Shown piece by piece: positions 51,724 to 64,000 of a stretch of DNA of 64,000 nucleotides. The DNA comes from Octopus sinensis (Eukaryota). Below the pieces are notes generated by a model. The model saw only the letters and a program-made list of their open reading frames with translations. It searched no databases and was not told the origin of the DNA. Location: positions 24,552,001 to 24,616,000 of the forward strand of contig NC_043010.1 of NCBI RefSeq assembly GCF_006345805.1, read 5' to 3'. The translations under genes and the position numbers were made by a program. How positions within the stretch are numbered: the first letter of the stretch is position 1; every line of letters begins with the position of its first letter.

Positions 51724-52752
51724 TACCCACACGATGTCCACGTGTTTTATCTTTATAATATTCAGCCAAAAGATTTCTCTTATCCCACGCATTTATGCGA
51801 TAAATAAGGATAAGTAGCGTTACCTTTGACCTTTCATGACCATACTGACCCCATAAGTGTTGGATGAGGTCCCCTGACTGCTTTAATATTCTTTTTAAAA
51901 AATCGGGAATAACTGCGTAGTGACGTTCATGCATTTCCATACAGTGTTTTGAGGTTATTTTGTTGAACACCAGGCCAGTCTCGGTCAGAAATGTTCCAGT
52001 TATGATCATCTCACTGTTTTATGTATTTATTCGTTTATATATTCTTGGAATAGCAATCTTCCGATTACATTAACCATTGCCTGCCATGAGCCCCATTTGG
52101 GTATCTGCTAAAAATAGTCTCACTGCCATTTGTTCGTTGTATTTAAAGTGAATTACTTATGCACATTGCATTTGCAGAGGTGTGTTTAACAATATTTATT
52201 AATTAAAGTTTGTCATTATTAACTCTGGCTATTTCTAGAAGACATACTATGTCATAAATCGCAATTTCTGAACTACAAAAATATTGACTGTTTTGGAAAC
52301 CTTTTTTTTTTATTTTGCATTTCCTATCTATATCATTCACTGATACACATTTGTATTTGATACTATAATTTCAAAAAGATTTTTAAAATTTTTATTGCAA
52401 CTGAATAGAAAAGGATAAATATGCTTTTCTTCAGCGATGCCCATTGGGTACTTAACGAAAAATTTTATCATAATTCACAAATGAAGAAAATTTAAGTACT
52501 GTATATTATTTCAACTCTTAAGACACCTGACAAAGCCAAAGAATATCAATAAAAAAATTGTCAGTTAACGGGTTAACCATTGTCTTGCGCCGCTTTTTAA
52601 AACTATAAGGTACGGTGTGAGTAAGATTTCATAGGTATTTCATATCGGTCTAGCGACTACGTAGAGGTTCCTTTCGAATTTTGAAGACATTTTAGTTGCT
52701 TACGAAGTTATAAAATGACAAGCCAAACTTTCTCCACACTATAAAAACACGT

Positions 52753-53030
52753 GTGGAGGTGCAATGGCCCAATGGTTAGGGCAGCGGACTCGCGGTCGGA
52801 GGATCGCGGTTTCGATTCCCAGACCAGGCGTTGTGTGTGTTTATTGAGCGAAAACACCTAATGCTCCACGAGGCTCCAGAAGGGGGGGGGCGACCCCTGT
52901 TGTACTCTTTCGCCCCAACTTTCTCTCACTCTTTCTTTCTGTTTCTTGAGTAACGCTGCGATGGACTGGGGAGAACACGTAAGCCACAGAAACCGGAAAC
53001 CGGGCCCATGAGCCTGGCTAGGCTTGAAAA
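52753..53030 (+). mobile_element. SINE family D with a tRNA-Arg-like head
   Basis: atggcccaatggttagggcagcggactcgcggtcggaggatcgcggtttcgattccc (A and B boxes). Confidence 0.85.
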
Positions 53031-53106
53031 CGACGAGGAGGAGTATAATAACACGTACATCGTGTGTGTGTATGTGTATGTATGTGTGTAGTATTATACA
53101 CGCGTG

Positions 53107-53148
<42 letters not shown>

Positions 53149-53757
53149 TAGTGATTATTTTGAGAGGGTCTTGCCGCCAATAAAACACACACACCGTTTA
53201 TAATTCAATTTTGTTTTTATTATCAGTTAATTAGAAAATCAGTTAATAAATAAAATAATTATTTGCCGAACGTCTTTTTCCACAGCCTATAACCTTATCG
53301 ACGATGACATATCCTTCATGCACCTGCCCAGTGTTCGTAACTTGGAGTTATTTAATTGATGTTTATCTAAATGTGTGCCTCAAATTTTGATGCTGTAATG
53401 AGTAATTTTTGATAGATTTGACTGCAGTTTCTAGCTGGTCAAGCAATTATTTAGCAGTCCCATCATAGTTTTGTTTCCATGAGAATTAGAGATGTAAGTG
53501 AAATGAAATGATTTTAATCATTAACTCGAACCTACTTCGTCGTTTCACATCCATTTCGATAATAATAAGTATTTTATTAAGCAATGAAAGACATGGGGCA
53601 TGCGTATTCAGCTGTTCCATCGTTTGATCTTCCACGCTCATTTAATCAGCTTGTAAATGGCCGAGCATTCCACGGACATGTGTACCCTTAACGTGGTTCC
53701 CAGGAGTTAGTGAAGACACGTGGCTTAGTAATTAGAATATACAATTCACGGTCTTAA

Positions 53758-54135
53758 GTCGGTGAGCTGGCAGAATCGCTAGCACACCGGGCGAAATACT
53801 TAGCAGTATTTCGTCTGCCATTACGTTCTGAATTCAAATTCCGCCGAGGTCGACTTGGCTTTTCATCCTTTTGGGGAAGATAAATTATGTACCGGTTACG
53901 CACTGGGTTCGAAGTAATCAACTTAATCCCTTTGTCTGTCCTTGTTTCTTCCCTCTATGTTTAGTCCCTTGTGAGTAATAAAGAAATAAGAATGTACGAT
54001 TCATAGTCTTAAGGTTGTGAGTTCGATTCCTAGCGACACAGTATGTTCTTGAACAAGCCTTGCTCAAGTCCCTTCAACTAGCCTAAAATGAGTTGTACCT
54101 GTACTTCAGAGAACCAGGCTCGTCACATCCTGTCG
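53758..54135 (+). mobile_element. Family A SINE (53758-53990) followed by a family C fragment
   Basis: Core and tail motifs as above. Confidence 0.75.
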
Positions 54136-54772
54136 CAGAATGAGTAGATAACTGGCAAGTGGAGGAAAAATTATCAGAGCAGACGACGGAGTTTTCTTGA
54201 CAGAGCGGAGGTTTTGCAGCCGATGCAATATTACAGTCACACTATTACGCAATATTACAGTCACACGCAATATTACAGTCACACTGTAATATTAGCAAAA
54301 AACCATGAGCGATCCAATGAAAGAGAAACGTCATTATGCTTAAGTAGAAAAGTGTGATCTCGAACCACCTTACGATTCTCTGAGCCCTTGTGCAACCTGC
54401 AAGAGATAGTACCCGATTGTATCTCAAATCACAACCCTACGTTTTTGAAAATGTGAAACAGATGAGAGCATTTAGCCTGGTCACAGTCGACATGCTTTTT
54501 GATTAGAACCTGCTTGATCAGGGATGACTTAGGGCTAAAAGATAGATGATTCTTTCTTTCTCCAATAGGCACAAGGTTTGAAAATATGGTGGAAGGGCGA
54601 GTCAATTTCATTGCTACAGTATTTTATTTAACGTACTTTATTTTAGCGACCTTGAAAAAAATGAAAGGCAGAGTTAACCTCGGGATAAGAATTCAGAAGG
54701 CGAAGCCGGAAAAACTGCTGTGAAACATTTTGTCCGGCGTCATAATGATTCTACGAATTTGCTGCGTTACAC

Positions 54773-54813
<41 letters not shown>

Positions 54814-54937
54814 CCAAGTTTACAGAGAAACATGATCCCTAAAAGTGTTTTAAGTGCGATGACCTTTTCTTCCATTGCTAAAGAAATCGAAAATAACAAC
54901 CATTCAAAACAACAAAAACCTCTTCATACCAGACATA

Positions 54938-55029
<92 letters not shown>

Positions 55030-55560
55030 ATTTAACCATTGCTTTCCCTCTGAAATTATCAGAGTTTGCACGAGATTTAACAAAGTGGTAGAAGTGTTAG
55101 AGCGTAGAACTAAATGCTTTAGTTTTGTTATGGCTCTTCGCTCGATGAGTTCAAATCCTATCGGGGACAAATTTTCTTTCTTTTCAGAGTCGATAAAATA
55201 AAGCATCATTCAAATACTAGGGTCGGTATTATTGACCATTGCCCATGTCCTCAAAAATTTTATAGGATAAAAACCTGAGCAACAGCAATTCGAAACAAGC
55301 TCTCCTTTTACCTTGCCAGATTTTTTTCGCATTTTATGCATTAAAAAATTTTTTTTATTTGTTTTTCACTGTCTGGAATTTTAACTAACATATTTCCCTT
55401 ATGCCTCCGTAAAACAAAGAGAAACTGAAAGTAGTTTAAGAAAACATTCTGGGAAATTATTCTTTTTGCTAAAAGTTTTGATGACTGTTATTTCTCATCA
55501 ATACATAAGCACATGCATACATACATACACACACACACTTATGTGTGTGTATAGAAAGAA

Positions 55561-55618
<58 letters not shown>

Positions 55619-55732
55619 GCTATTATGTTAAACTATCGTATATCCAATTTGGCCAAATGTGTTTTCTTTTTAAATATTAAAAGTTTTGGTCAAAGTGTAG
55701 TACAACGGTTTTGCTATGGAATAGTGAACCTA

Positions 55733-55734
<2 letters not shown>

Positions 55735-55764
<30 letters not shown>

Positions 55765-56001
55765 CGTGTCTATCTGACTGTTTTTCTGTCTGTGTTTGTT
55801 CTCCAACTATCGCTTGACAACCGATGCTGGTGTGTTTACGTCCCTAAAACTTAACGGTTCGTCAAAAGTGACCGATAGAATAAGTACTAGGCATACAAAG
55901 AATAAGTCCAGGGCTCGATTTCTTCGACTAAGGGTAGTGCTCCAGCATGGCTACAGTCAAATGGCTGAAACAAGTAAAATCAATAAATAAATAAATAAAT
56001 A

Positions 56002-56033
<32 letters not shown>

Positions 56034-56450
56034 CAGCAGGAGTGGCTGTGTGGTAAGTAGCTTGTTTACCAACCACATGGTTCCGGGTTCAGTCCCACTG
56101 CGTGGCACCTTGGGCAAGTGTCTTCTACTATAGCCTCGGGCTGACCAAAGCCTTGTGAGTGGATTTGGTAGATGGAAACTGAAAGAAGCCCGTCGTATAT
56201 ATATGTATATATATGTATATGCGTGTGTGAGTTTGTGTGTCTGTGTTTGTCCCCCTAGCATTGCTTGACAACCGATGCTGGTGTGTTTATGTCCCCGTTA
56301 CTTAGCGGTTCGGCAAAAGAGACCGATAGAATAAGTACTGGGCTTACAAAAGAATAAGTCCCAGGGTCGAGTTGCTCGATTAAAGGCGGTGCTCCAGCAT
56401 GGCCGCAGTCAAATGACTGAAACAAGTAAAAGAGTAAAAGAGTAAAAGAG
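55735..56450 (+). mobile_element. Family B SINE 3' half plus a full copy (56035-56450)
   Basis: gtggctgtgtggtaagtagcttg...ggcaccttgggcaagtgtcttctactatagcctcggg. Confidence 0.85.
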
Positions 56451-56554
56451 TACAAAGAGAGAGAGTATATACATATATGTGTGTGTGTATATATTATATA
56501 TATACACACTCACATGTTTATATATATATATATGCACATACATATATATATATG

Positions 56555-56622
<68 letters not shown>

Positions 56623-56919
56623 TACACACGTACACAACACATAAGCATACATATTCATGTGTGTGTGGCTGGGCGCGATTGAGTGCGTGTGTACTTCTCC
56701 AAATTAAGTGGCTTTTTTGCGTGAATATTCAAAAAAGGGGAAAGGCTTTCACAATGGAACAGAACTTGATCCCCACTTGATCAAATTTACGCCTTGCCCA
56801 ACCTATATATTTTTTAATGTATCCTGTTATGTTGGCCTCAAACAACATATATGATCTCAATTTTCTGAGGTTGAAACCTTCATGTCATTTTGTACAATAT
56901 ATTTGCGGTATATTAACCA

Positions 56920-57790
56920 AGTGGCACTCCGTCGATTACGACAACGAGGGTTCCAGCTGATCCTGCTCATGAAATTAATGTGCAAGTGGCTGAGTACACC
57001 ACATATATGCGTAACCTTAACGTAGTTCTCATGGAGGTTCAAGGTGGCAAAGAATGTGTCAAGTCTTGCCCTTTGAAATACATTTGCTACTCATGTTTGC
57101 CAGCTGAGTAGACTGGAGCAACGTGAAATAGAGTGTATAGCTGAAGGAATTGAACTCACGACCTTGCGATCGTGAGCCGAACACCCTAACCACTAAGCCA
57201 CGTGCCTTCACGGTACATTAAGCTTTACGTAATTAAAAGAGCGTGCATTGATAGAAGCACCGAAGCACAACGTAACATTGCTTTTACACTTCTTAGTTAC
57301 GTCTCTTAGTATCATGTTTTGGGTTCGAATCCTGCTGAGATTAACTTCACTTTCTGTTTTTCTCCCTATACGAATCGATACGTCATGCAGCAAAATCTCG
57401 TCTCCCCCTTCTCTCTCGCTCTCTCATATATATACACATGTGTATGTAATTTCATATATATATATATAGGCGCAAGAGTGGCTCGCTTCCCAACCACATG
57501 GTTCTAGGTGTAGTCCAACTGCGTGATACCTTGGGCAAGTCTCTTGTAGTACAGCTCTGGGCCAACCCAAAACCTTGAGAGCAAACAGAAGCTGTAAGAA
57601 ACCGGTCATATATACAAGGGTATGTGTGTGTGCGTGTGCCTCGCCCCTGCTTGACAACCTGTGTAGGTGTGTTTATGTCCCCATAACTTAGGGGTTCAGC
57701 AAAAGAGACAGATGGGATAAGTGCCAGGCTTAAAATAAATTTTAAAAGGTACTGGGGTCGATTCATTTGACTAAAAATTCTGGGGCTCAA
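56920..57790. mobile_element. Family C SINE (56920-57210, minus) and decayed family B SINE (57465-57790, plus)
   Basis: Motif matches to the other copies. Confidence 0.7.
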
Positions 57791-58200
57791 TACATCGTCA
57801 ACAAATTCCTAGTTTTTCTGTCAAGTTTCTTTATTTCGTTTCTGGTCCATTCTATTATTCCAACTCCATATCTGATTAAGGGTACTGCACTTCAATATAT
57901 TGCTTCAATGAAATTTTGGGAATTCAGTTTTGACTGCAATAATTTTCCGACTTTCCTTGAGTACTCTCTACGGGTAATTTGTTTCATTTCTTTTTTTTTT
58001 TTTTACTTGATTTGTTTCCAGTATTCCAAGTACTGATACCACTGTCCTTTCTCAACCGCTCACATTGTTTGCCCATTTGGCATTACAATTCTCTGGCTTC
58101 TTTCAAATCTTACAAGGCCTTCAAGCTGTTTCTCATTTTTCGCATAAAGTTTTATATCATCCATGAAAAGGAGATGATTTATCTGAACATTTCCTTTTCC
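57780..58200 (-). mobile_element. Dong/R4 RT fragment
   Basis: Minus-strand reading INHLLFMDDIKLYAKNE and AVPLIRYGVGIIEWTRNEIKKLDRKTRNLLTM, with stops. Confidence 0.75.
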
Positions 58201-58289
58201 TAAATTATAAATAATTCAATTTTAACTTTTCGTAGTATCATAGTCAATGGTGTCAGACAGTACGAATAGCAATGGAAATAAGCTATCAC

Positions 58290-58340
<51 letters not shown>

Positions 58341-58343
<3 letters not shown>

Positions 58344-58740
58344 TACGAAATCCTGAGCCAGTCATTGAAGGTAAAAATGTCACTATCCTCTGGGATTTTC
58401 CAGTCAACACCGACAAAACTATGCAGGCTAATCGACCAGACATAGTCATTAAAGAATGGGAAGAAAATACTTGTGGACTAATAGTTGTAAGTATTCCCAC
58501 TGACAAAAATATATCTGTCAAGGAATTTGACAAATTAAGTAAATATAAGGACCTGGAAATTGAAATACAAAAGATGTGGAATCTTAAGGCGAGAACCGTT
58601 CCTGTTATGTGGGTGACCTAGGTTTGATAAGAAAGGAATATCAGAAGCATCTAGATAATATTCCAGGAGAGCCATGTCTCAGAGAAATCCAAAAGATTGT
58701 GCTGACAAGTACTGCCCACATCCTTAGAAAACCACTCCCT
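58341..58740 (+). mobile_element. Dong/R4 endonuclease fragment after (TAA)n
   Basis: TILWDFPVNTDKTMQANRPDIVI...KYKDLEIEIQKMW; EIQKIVLTSTAHILRK. Confidence 0.85.
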
Positions 58741-59040
58741 CCTCAAGCCTTCAGTCATACTATAGCATCTCTTATCCTTCACTCGCCCCAAGACGCTGAG
58801 TCTTGTTATAAAACACGTAAACTTTTCTACTGTGTATTACGGCTATCCAGGGTTGAACAACTATCGCCAGGACTTCACCATATCTACCAGCATTAGTTAT
58901 AAGATTTTGTAGAAAGACATCAGGTAGAATGACATCAGCTTCGATATTCACCACTCCTACAACCATTCATACTTGCTGGAAACCGTGCCAACAAAAGGAT
59001 GTAAACCTGATAATCTATATACTACTAAAACTCTGTGATT

Positions 59041-59441
59041 GCTTGCGTTCCTTCTTGTTTGCGTTCTTGCTTGTTTGCGTTCTTGCTTGTATGCGTTCTT
59101 GCTTGTGTGCGTGCTTCTCTATAATTTGATACAACCAAACCGACGCATACTGGGAAAATATTCTGAAAGTAAGGTACCTTGAAATGTGAGTACAAACGGA
59201 ATAAAAAAAGTTTCGCATAAATCGGACCACGGATTCCCGAGATATACGGTTTTTCTGAGGTTTGTTTCAAGAAATTTAAGCAGTGAAACCTGGAGTTATT
59301 GCCCTTTACTCTGAAGACTTTTATAAATCACCAAACCGGCACATAATAGGAAAATACTCTGAAAGTAAGGTACCATTCAAATGTGAATAGAAACAGAATA
59401 AAACAAGCTTCGCGTAAATCGGACCACGGATTCCCGAGATA
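59041..59441. repeat. 16 bp minisatellite plus two ~110 bp direct repeats (period 196), possible non-autonomous Helitron/Helentron-like element
   Basis: gcgttcttgcttgttt x4-5; 59135-59244 versus 59331-59441 share aaatcggaccacggattcccgagata. Confidence 0.5.
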
Positions 59442-59642
59442 CGAAGATTTTTCATGGTACTTTTGATTGTTAGTGACCCAACGGGTCATGGATAGTCTAG
59501 AATACGATTAAAATATACATAAATACATATGTACACATATATATATACACACGCATACGTACATATATAATACGCATATATGTATATGTACACACACACA
59601 TACATATACATATATACAGATAGATAGATAGATAGATAGATG

Positions 59643-59680
<38 letters not shown>

Positions 59681-59725
59681 AGATAGATAGATAGATAGAT
59701 GATAGATAGATAGATATAGATATAC

Positions 59726-59804
<79 letters not shown>

Positions 59805-60769
59805 AGAATTTGGGGGTGGGTAGACAATACACCTGAATTTGGAAAAGGGGTAATTGTTTTTAACAACTACACGCTTTTCATGTACAGGTGCATTTTCAAA
59901 CACCGAAACAAATTCTCCAATATCGTTTCTTGCCTTGGAATACTCCTCTTCTTTCCCTCTTTCCATAGATACATGTGTGTGTGTGTGTGTAAAATGTTAA
60001 ATATAATATAATACATTTAGGAGTACTAATCCCCTGAGACGAAAAAGGATGCAACAGGATCCCTCACATTCAAGGAATCACTCATATGAGTCTGTCGATT
60101 CCTCTTTAGAAAAACTCTGACTTAGTAGAGCGTGAAAAGAAAATTAAGTGAACCATTTGAACACACTTTCATTTCCTGCCGTAGTTTATAAAGTTGCGTC
60201 CTTTCATGTCCTGTTTATTTCATATGCACGGGATTGAACCTCTTTAGATTTTTCCAAATTCTAGTTGAAAAGAAACAGGAAATTACTATTCTCTATCAGA
60301 AAACATCTAAATATTTACAATATGTTCCAAACAAAACGTCAGATACACTTAACGTGTAAATAACCATTACCACAGATCGCTTGTTGTTTCTCGCACGACA
60401 TCCAATTTTTTTTTTTAAAGTTTTACTCTTTTGATTCCATAGGTCAATTATTAGTGCACGATTTTGTAACACAGAGATCGTGACTTCGATCCACACTGGC
60501 GTCTGCTAAGTTGTTCGAGGTGGTGCCACAGTATGGCTGTAGTTCAAAGACTGAAACAAGTGAAAGATATATTGTACGTTTTTCGCACTGGTTACGAATA
60601 CCAAGGCCATTTTCTCTCTTTCATCTTTTGTATCTTTTTTTGTTTTGTTCTTTTTCCGAGCAATTTATACTAGTTTCAAACTTTGGCTTAACTTGTATTC
60701 TATAGATCCTCAAATGATGAAAGTAAAGAATTGTAAGAACCCACTGCCGGTCCTTACAATTCTAATAAT

Positions 60770-61064
60770 TGGTTTTTGGTACCTCTAGTTGATCCGATCA
60801 ACGGAACAGCCTTGTTCGTGAAATTAACGTGCAAGTGGCTGAGCACTCCACAGACACGTGTACCCTTAACGTAGTTCTCGGGGAGATTCAGCGTGACACA
60901 GATTGCGACAAGGCTGACCCTTTGAAATACAGGTACAACAGAAACAGGAAGAAAGAGTGTGAGAAAGTTGTGTGTGTGTGTGTGTGTGTGTCTGTCTGTC
61001 TGTTTGTCTATGTGTCTGTGTGTCTGTGTGTCTATGTGCGTGTGTAAGTGTGTGTGTGTGTGTG

Positions 61065-61095
<31 letters not shown>

Positions 61096-61337
61096 CGGCT
61101 TTGCCGTAGAAGTAACAATAACCAATAATGTTAAGTGTGGATTTCATCTTTAAAGCCAGCTTCGGAAAAATTGGATATATTTCGATCTTATTAGAACCCA
61201 TCAGTGAAGCACATTCACCTCAGTGTTGATGACTGTATATAGAAATAGAAAGAATAATGACACTAATTCCATGTATTACATAACATGCATACACACATAC
61301 ATTCATGAAAACATACACTCATACACACATATATACA

Positions 61338-61375
<38 letters not shown>

Positions 61376-61740
61376 TATGGCTGTGTGGTAAGAAGCATAA
61401 TTCCCAATCTCATGATTCCGGGTTTAGTATCACTTCGTAACCTTTGGATTCTGCTTTAGCCTTGGGCCTTTCAAATTCTTGTCTGTGCATTTGGTAAGTA
61501 TGTGTGTGTGTGTGAGGGAGAGAGAGAGTTTGTGTTTATGTTTGTCCTTCAGCACCGCTTGACAACCGGTGTTGGTTTGTTTAAGTCTCCATAACTTATC
61601 AGTTCGACATAAAATGGACAGACACAATAAGTACTAGGCATGAAAGATTACACGTACGTGGTTTGATTTCTGCGGCTAAATCATGACTGTGCCCCAGTAT
61701 GGCCGCACTCTAATGACTGAAACAATTAAAAAGAGTAAAA
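60770..61740. mobile_element. Family C SINE piece (60770-60960, minus) and family B SINE (61375-61740, plus)
   Basis: Motif matches to the other copies. Confidence 0.7.
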
Positions 61741-61921
61741 GACAATATATATGAAACAACATCTTGACTCTAAAGAACATCTGACGAAGGACGGACGAGT
61801 ACCAGATCCACGAAACTTTTAGCAATGAGAAGCTGAATCAATCTGTTATTAAATACACCTGACTCCAACCTAACGTTTTGATTGTTATTATATTTCGTTT
61901 GTTCATTTATTTGTATATATG

Positions 61922-61991
<70 letters not shown>

Positions 61992-62072
61992 ATATATACA
62001 TGAGTGTGTATAAAAGAAGAAAATGGAGACTGGGAAGTTAATAATTGTTTATTATTAACAGCAAATTTATCA

Positions 62073-62170
62073 TCTTCACTTAAAGCTGTTTCAATTAATA
62101 CTCAGGAAATATTAAGTAAATATTAAATTTATATTTATATGATCTGAGCATAATATCTTCAGAGGGAAAA
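62073..62170 (-). ncRNA. Decayed type I hammerhead in a ~210 nt island between (TA)n tracts
   Basis: Minus strand: TTTTCCCT-CTGAAGA-tattatgCTCAG...CTGAGtattaatt-GAAA-CAGCTT-TA-AGTGAAGA; stem I 7 of 8 paired; stem III one change from the palindrome ACAGCTGT. Confidence 0.6.
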
Positions 62171-62205
62171 TATACCCTTGGATGTTTATGGACTCAGCAT
62201 AGAAG

Positions 62206-62266
<61 letters not shown>

Positions 62267-62270
62267 GCTA

Positions 62271-63373
62271 GTGGGTATCAAAATATCCTAAATTAACCGG
62301 AAACGTTTTCTGTGTGGCAAGCCAGTTATAGTTCAGACTTCTGCCGTTAAAAGTCACTTGATGCAACCCTCAGGCATCAGTCTGCCGACCGGCGGCATCC
62401 GGTGTAGTCGTACTGTCAGGTGGTGCGTCTTTGTTTTGCAGTGCTTCTCCTCTGTTCGTCGATTTTTGCGATGACTGAAACGAATGAACAACGTGTTTCA
62501 GTGAAATTTTGTTTTCTGCTGGGGAAAACGGCGACCGAAAAAGTTATCATGCTTCAAACAGCTTATAAGGACGCTGCCATAAGCAAAACATGAGTTTACG
62601 AATGGTTTTCGCTCTTTAAGGAATAGTCACTTGTTACTTGAAGACCACCTCGTTCAGGGTGGCAGTAGACCTCCCGAACCAATGTAAAGATCACAAAAAT
62701 GCATGGCCTGTCGCCAAACAATTGACAAACTTATTGATATGACCTGTGTGTCATGAATCTCCTGCCAACGAATTTTCAGCGAGGAATTGCGAATGAAAAG
62801 AGTTGCAGCAAAATTTGTACCTAATTTATTCACGGAAGATCAAAATCAGTCATGACTGAATGCGTGTTGTTAACTGAAAGAACAGTTAGAATTTTATCCA
62901 GATCTCTTTTCGATGGTCATCGCTGGTGATGTAAGCTGGTGTTACGGCTACGACCCAGAAACGAAGCAGCAATCAAGTCAATGGAAGTATTCAATGTCAT
63001 TACACCTCCTAGAAAACATGTCAAGTGAAGTCTAATACGATGTTGATTTGTTTCATCGATCTCAAAGGAATTATCTGCACAGAATTTGTTACTCTTGGTC
63101 AAAACTTTTCACCTGATATCCTACTTGGAAGTTCTGAAGCGTCTGCGAGACGCGGTGAGACAAAAACACCCCGACCAGTGGCAAAGTGGAGAGTGGTGGT
63201 TTCATCACGACAATGCGCCTGCGCACATCGTCTTGAGTGTAAGACAGTTTTTGCCAAAAATGGTATGACCTCATTTACCCACCCTACCCTATTCGCCTGA
63301 TCTTGCTCCCTGCATCTCTTTTCTGTTTTCCCGAATGAAAGAAGTTCTTAAAGGAAAACGTTTTGCAGATGTA
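62271..63373 (+). pseudogene. Decayed mariner with transposase pseudogene, 3' end missing
   Basis: MTETNEQRVSVKFC from 62471; GDVSWCYGYDPETKQQSSQW; HHDNAPAH; HPPYSPDLAP; KGKRFADV; multiple stops and frameshifts. Confidence 0.88.
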
Positions 63374-64000
63374 AAAATGTACTGTTAGCAATTTAAACAT
63401 GTTGATTTCCTGTATTTATTGTAGATGTGTATATGTAGGCAGAATATTGTTGCTTATTGTTTTTGCGATGGGGAAGTAACATTTTAATTTTTTATTTTCC
63501 AATTTCTACTTTTCATTTTTATTTTTATTTTTTTATTTTCACATTTTTGATTTTTGATTTTGGTATTTTTCTATTTTCTGTTTCTTATTTTTCTAATTGT
63601 TATTTTTCTATTTTTAATGCTAGCCTACTTGATAAGCAATCGAGCTTCTTGACACTCAGTTCTCATTAAAAAAAGAAACGCTTGTGAACTCATTCACATA
63701 GGTAATCAGAAAGCATTTAGACCACATTTCAAGAGAAAGAAAAAAAGAAAACCAGAGGGACGTAAAAAACACTTAACATGCACTAACATAAACACCTGAG
63801 ATACTTAACATATGTAAACAAACAGATACCTTCAGAGCACTTAACATGGGAAAAGAAAACAGGAACAGATTGTTGAAACGTCAGTATCTTGCAGGAGACC
63901 GTACAGTGTTAGTCAATGTTTCCCATGTGTGTACGTATATATGTGAGTGTTTTTTTTTGTGTGTATACGTATATATACACACACATACGTACATATATAC

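Noticed and set aside
51659-52009. 116 aa ORF resembling a transposon remnant
   Set aside because: No diagnostic motif recognised
52074-52572. TTAA-flanked piggyBac-like MITE
   Set aside because: Terminal repeats are too degenerate to support the call
52753-52830. tRNA-Arg gene
   Set aside because: No complete cloverleaf; it is the head of a family D SINE
54232-54295. gcaatattacagtcacac x3 with a short inversion
   Set aside because: Ordinary local slippage minisatellite
61781-61820. CTGACGAAGG...TCCACGAAAC pLTR-like motif
   Set aside because: Two extra nt before GAAA and no stem I; at most a decayed Penelope tail, not called

Overview
Eukaryotic (animal) genomic DNA, not prokaryotic. The SINE families, the extreme (TA)n/(CA)n/(GATA)n/(TAA)n microsatellite load and the abundance of Dong/R4 LINEs suggest a coleoid cephalopod, probably Octopus (inferred by recognition, not searched). 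No host gene is confidently visible, and nearly every supplied ORF is a microsatellite translation or a transposon fragment. Recognisable content: (1) a ~9 kb co-oriented array of 5'-truncated Dong/R4 LINE pieces and a ~550 bp non-coding partner element, each sitting in (TAA)n; (2) a 1281 bp mariner with perfect 37 bp TIRs and an open transposase ORF, plus three decayed mariners and MITEs; (3) a Penelope-like element (RT + GIY-YIG) with a ~3 kb CA-rich 3' region; (4) a full-length 5.3 kb Tx1-type LINE with a 16 bp target-site duplication; (5) many tRNA-derived SINEs of about four families; (6) a 100 N scaffold gap. The main unexpected signal is that many short 'unique' islands between (TA)n tracts carry type I hammerhead ribozyme folds. 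By eye I found three near-perfect, about six decayed and two to three minimal Penelope-type examples. They are unrelated in sequence but share one architecture: CUGANGA core, usually a long hairpin-extended stem II, GAAA, and a palindromic stem III. Several lie in 200-600 nt units with terminal redundancy or inverted partial duplication, which is retrozyme-like or Penelope pLTR-like. The Tx1 LINE is inserted directly beside one of these ribozymes. All RNA folds were read by eye; no folding program or database search was run.
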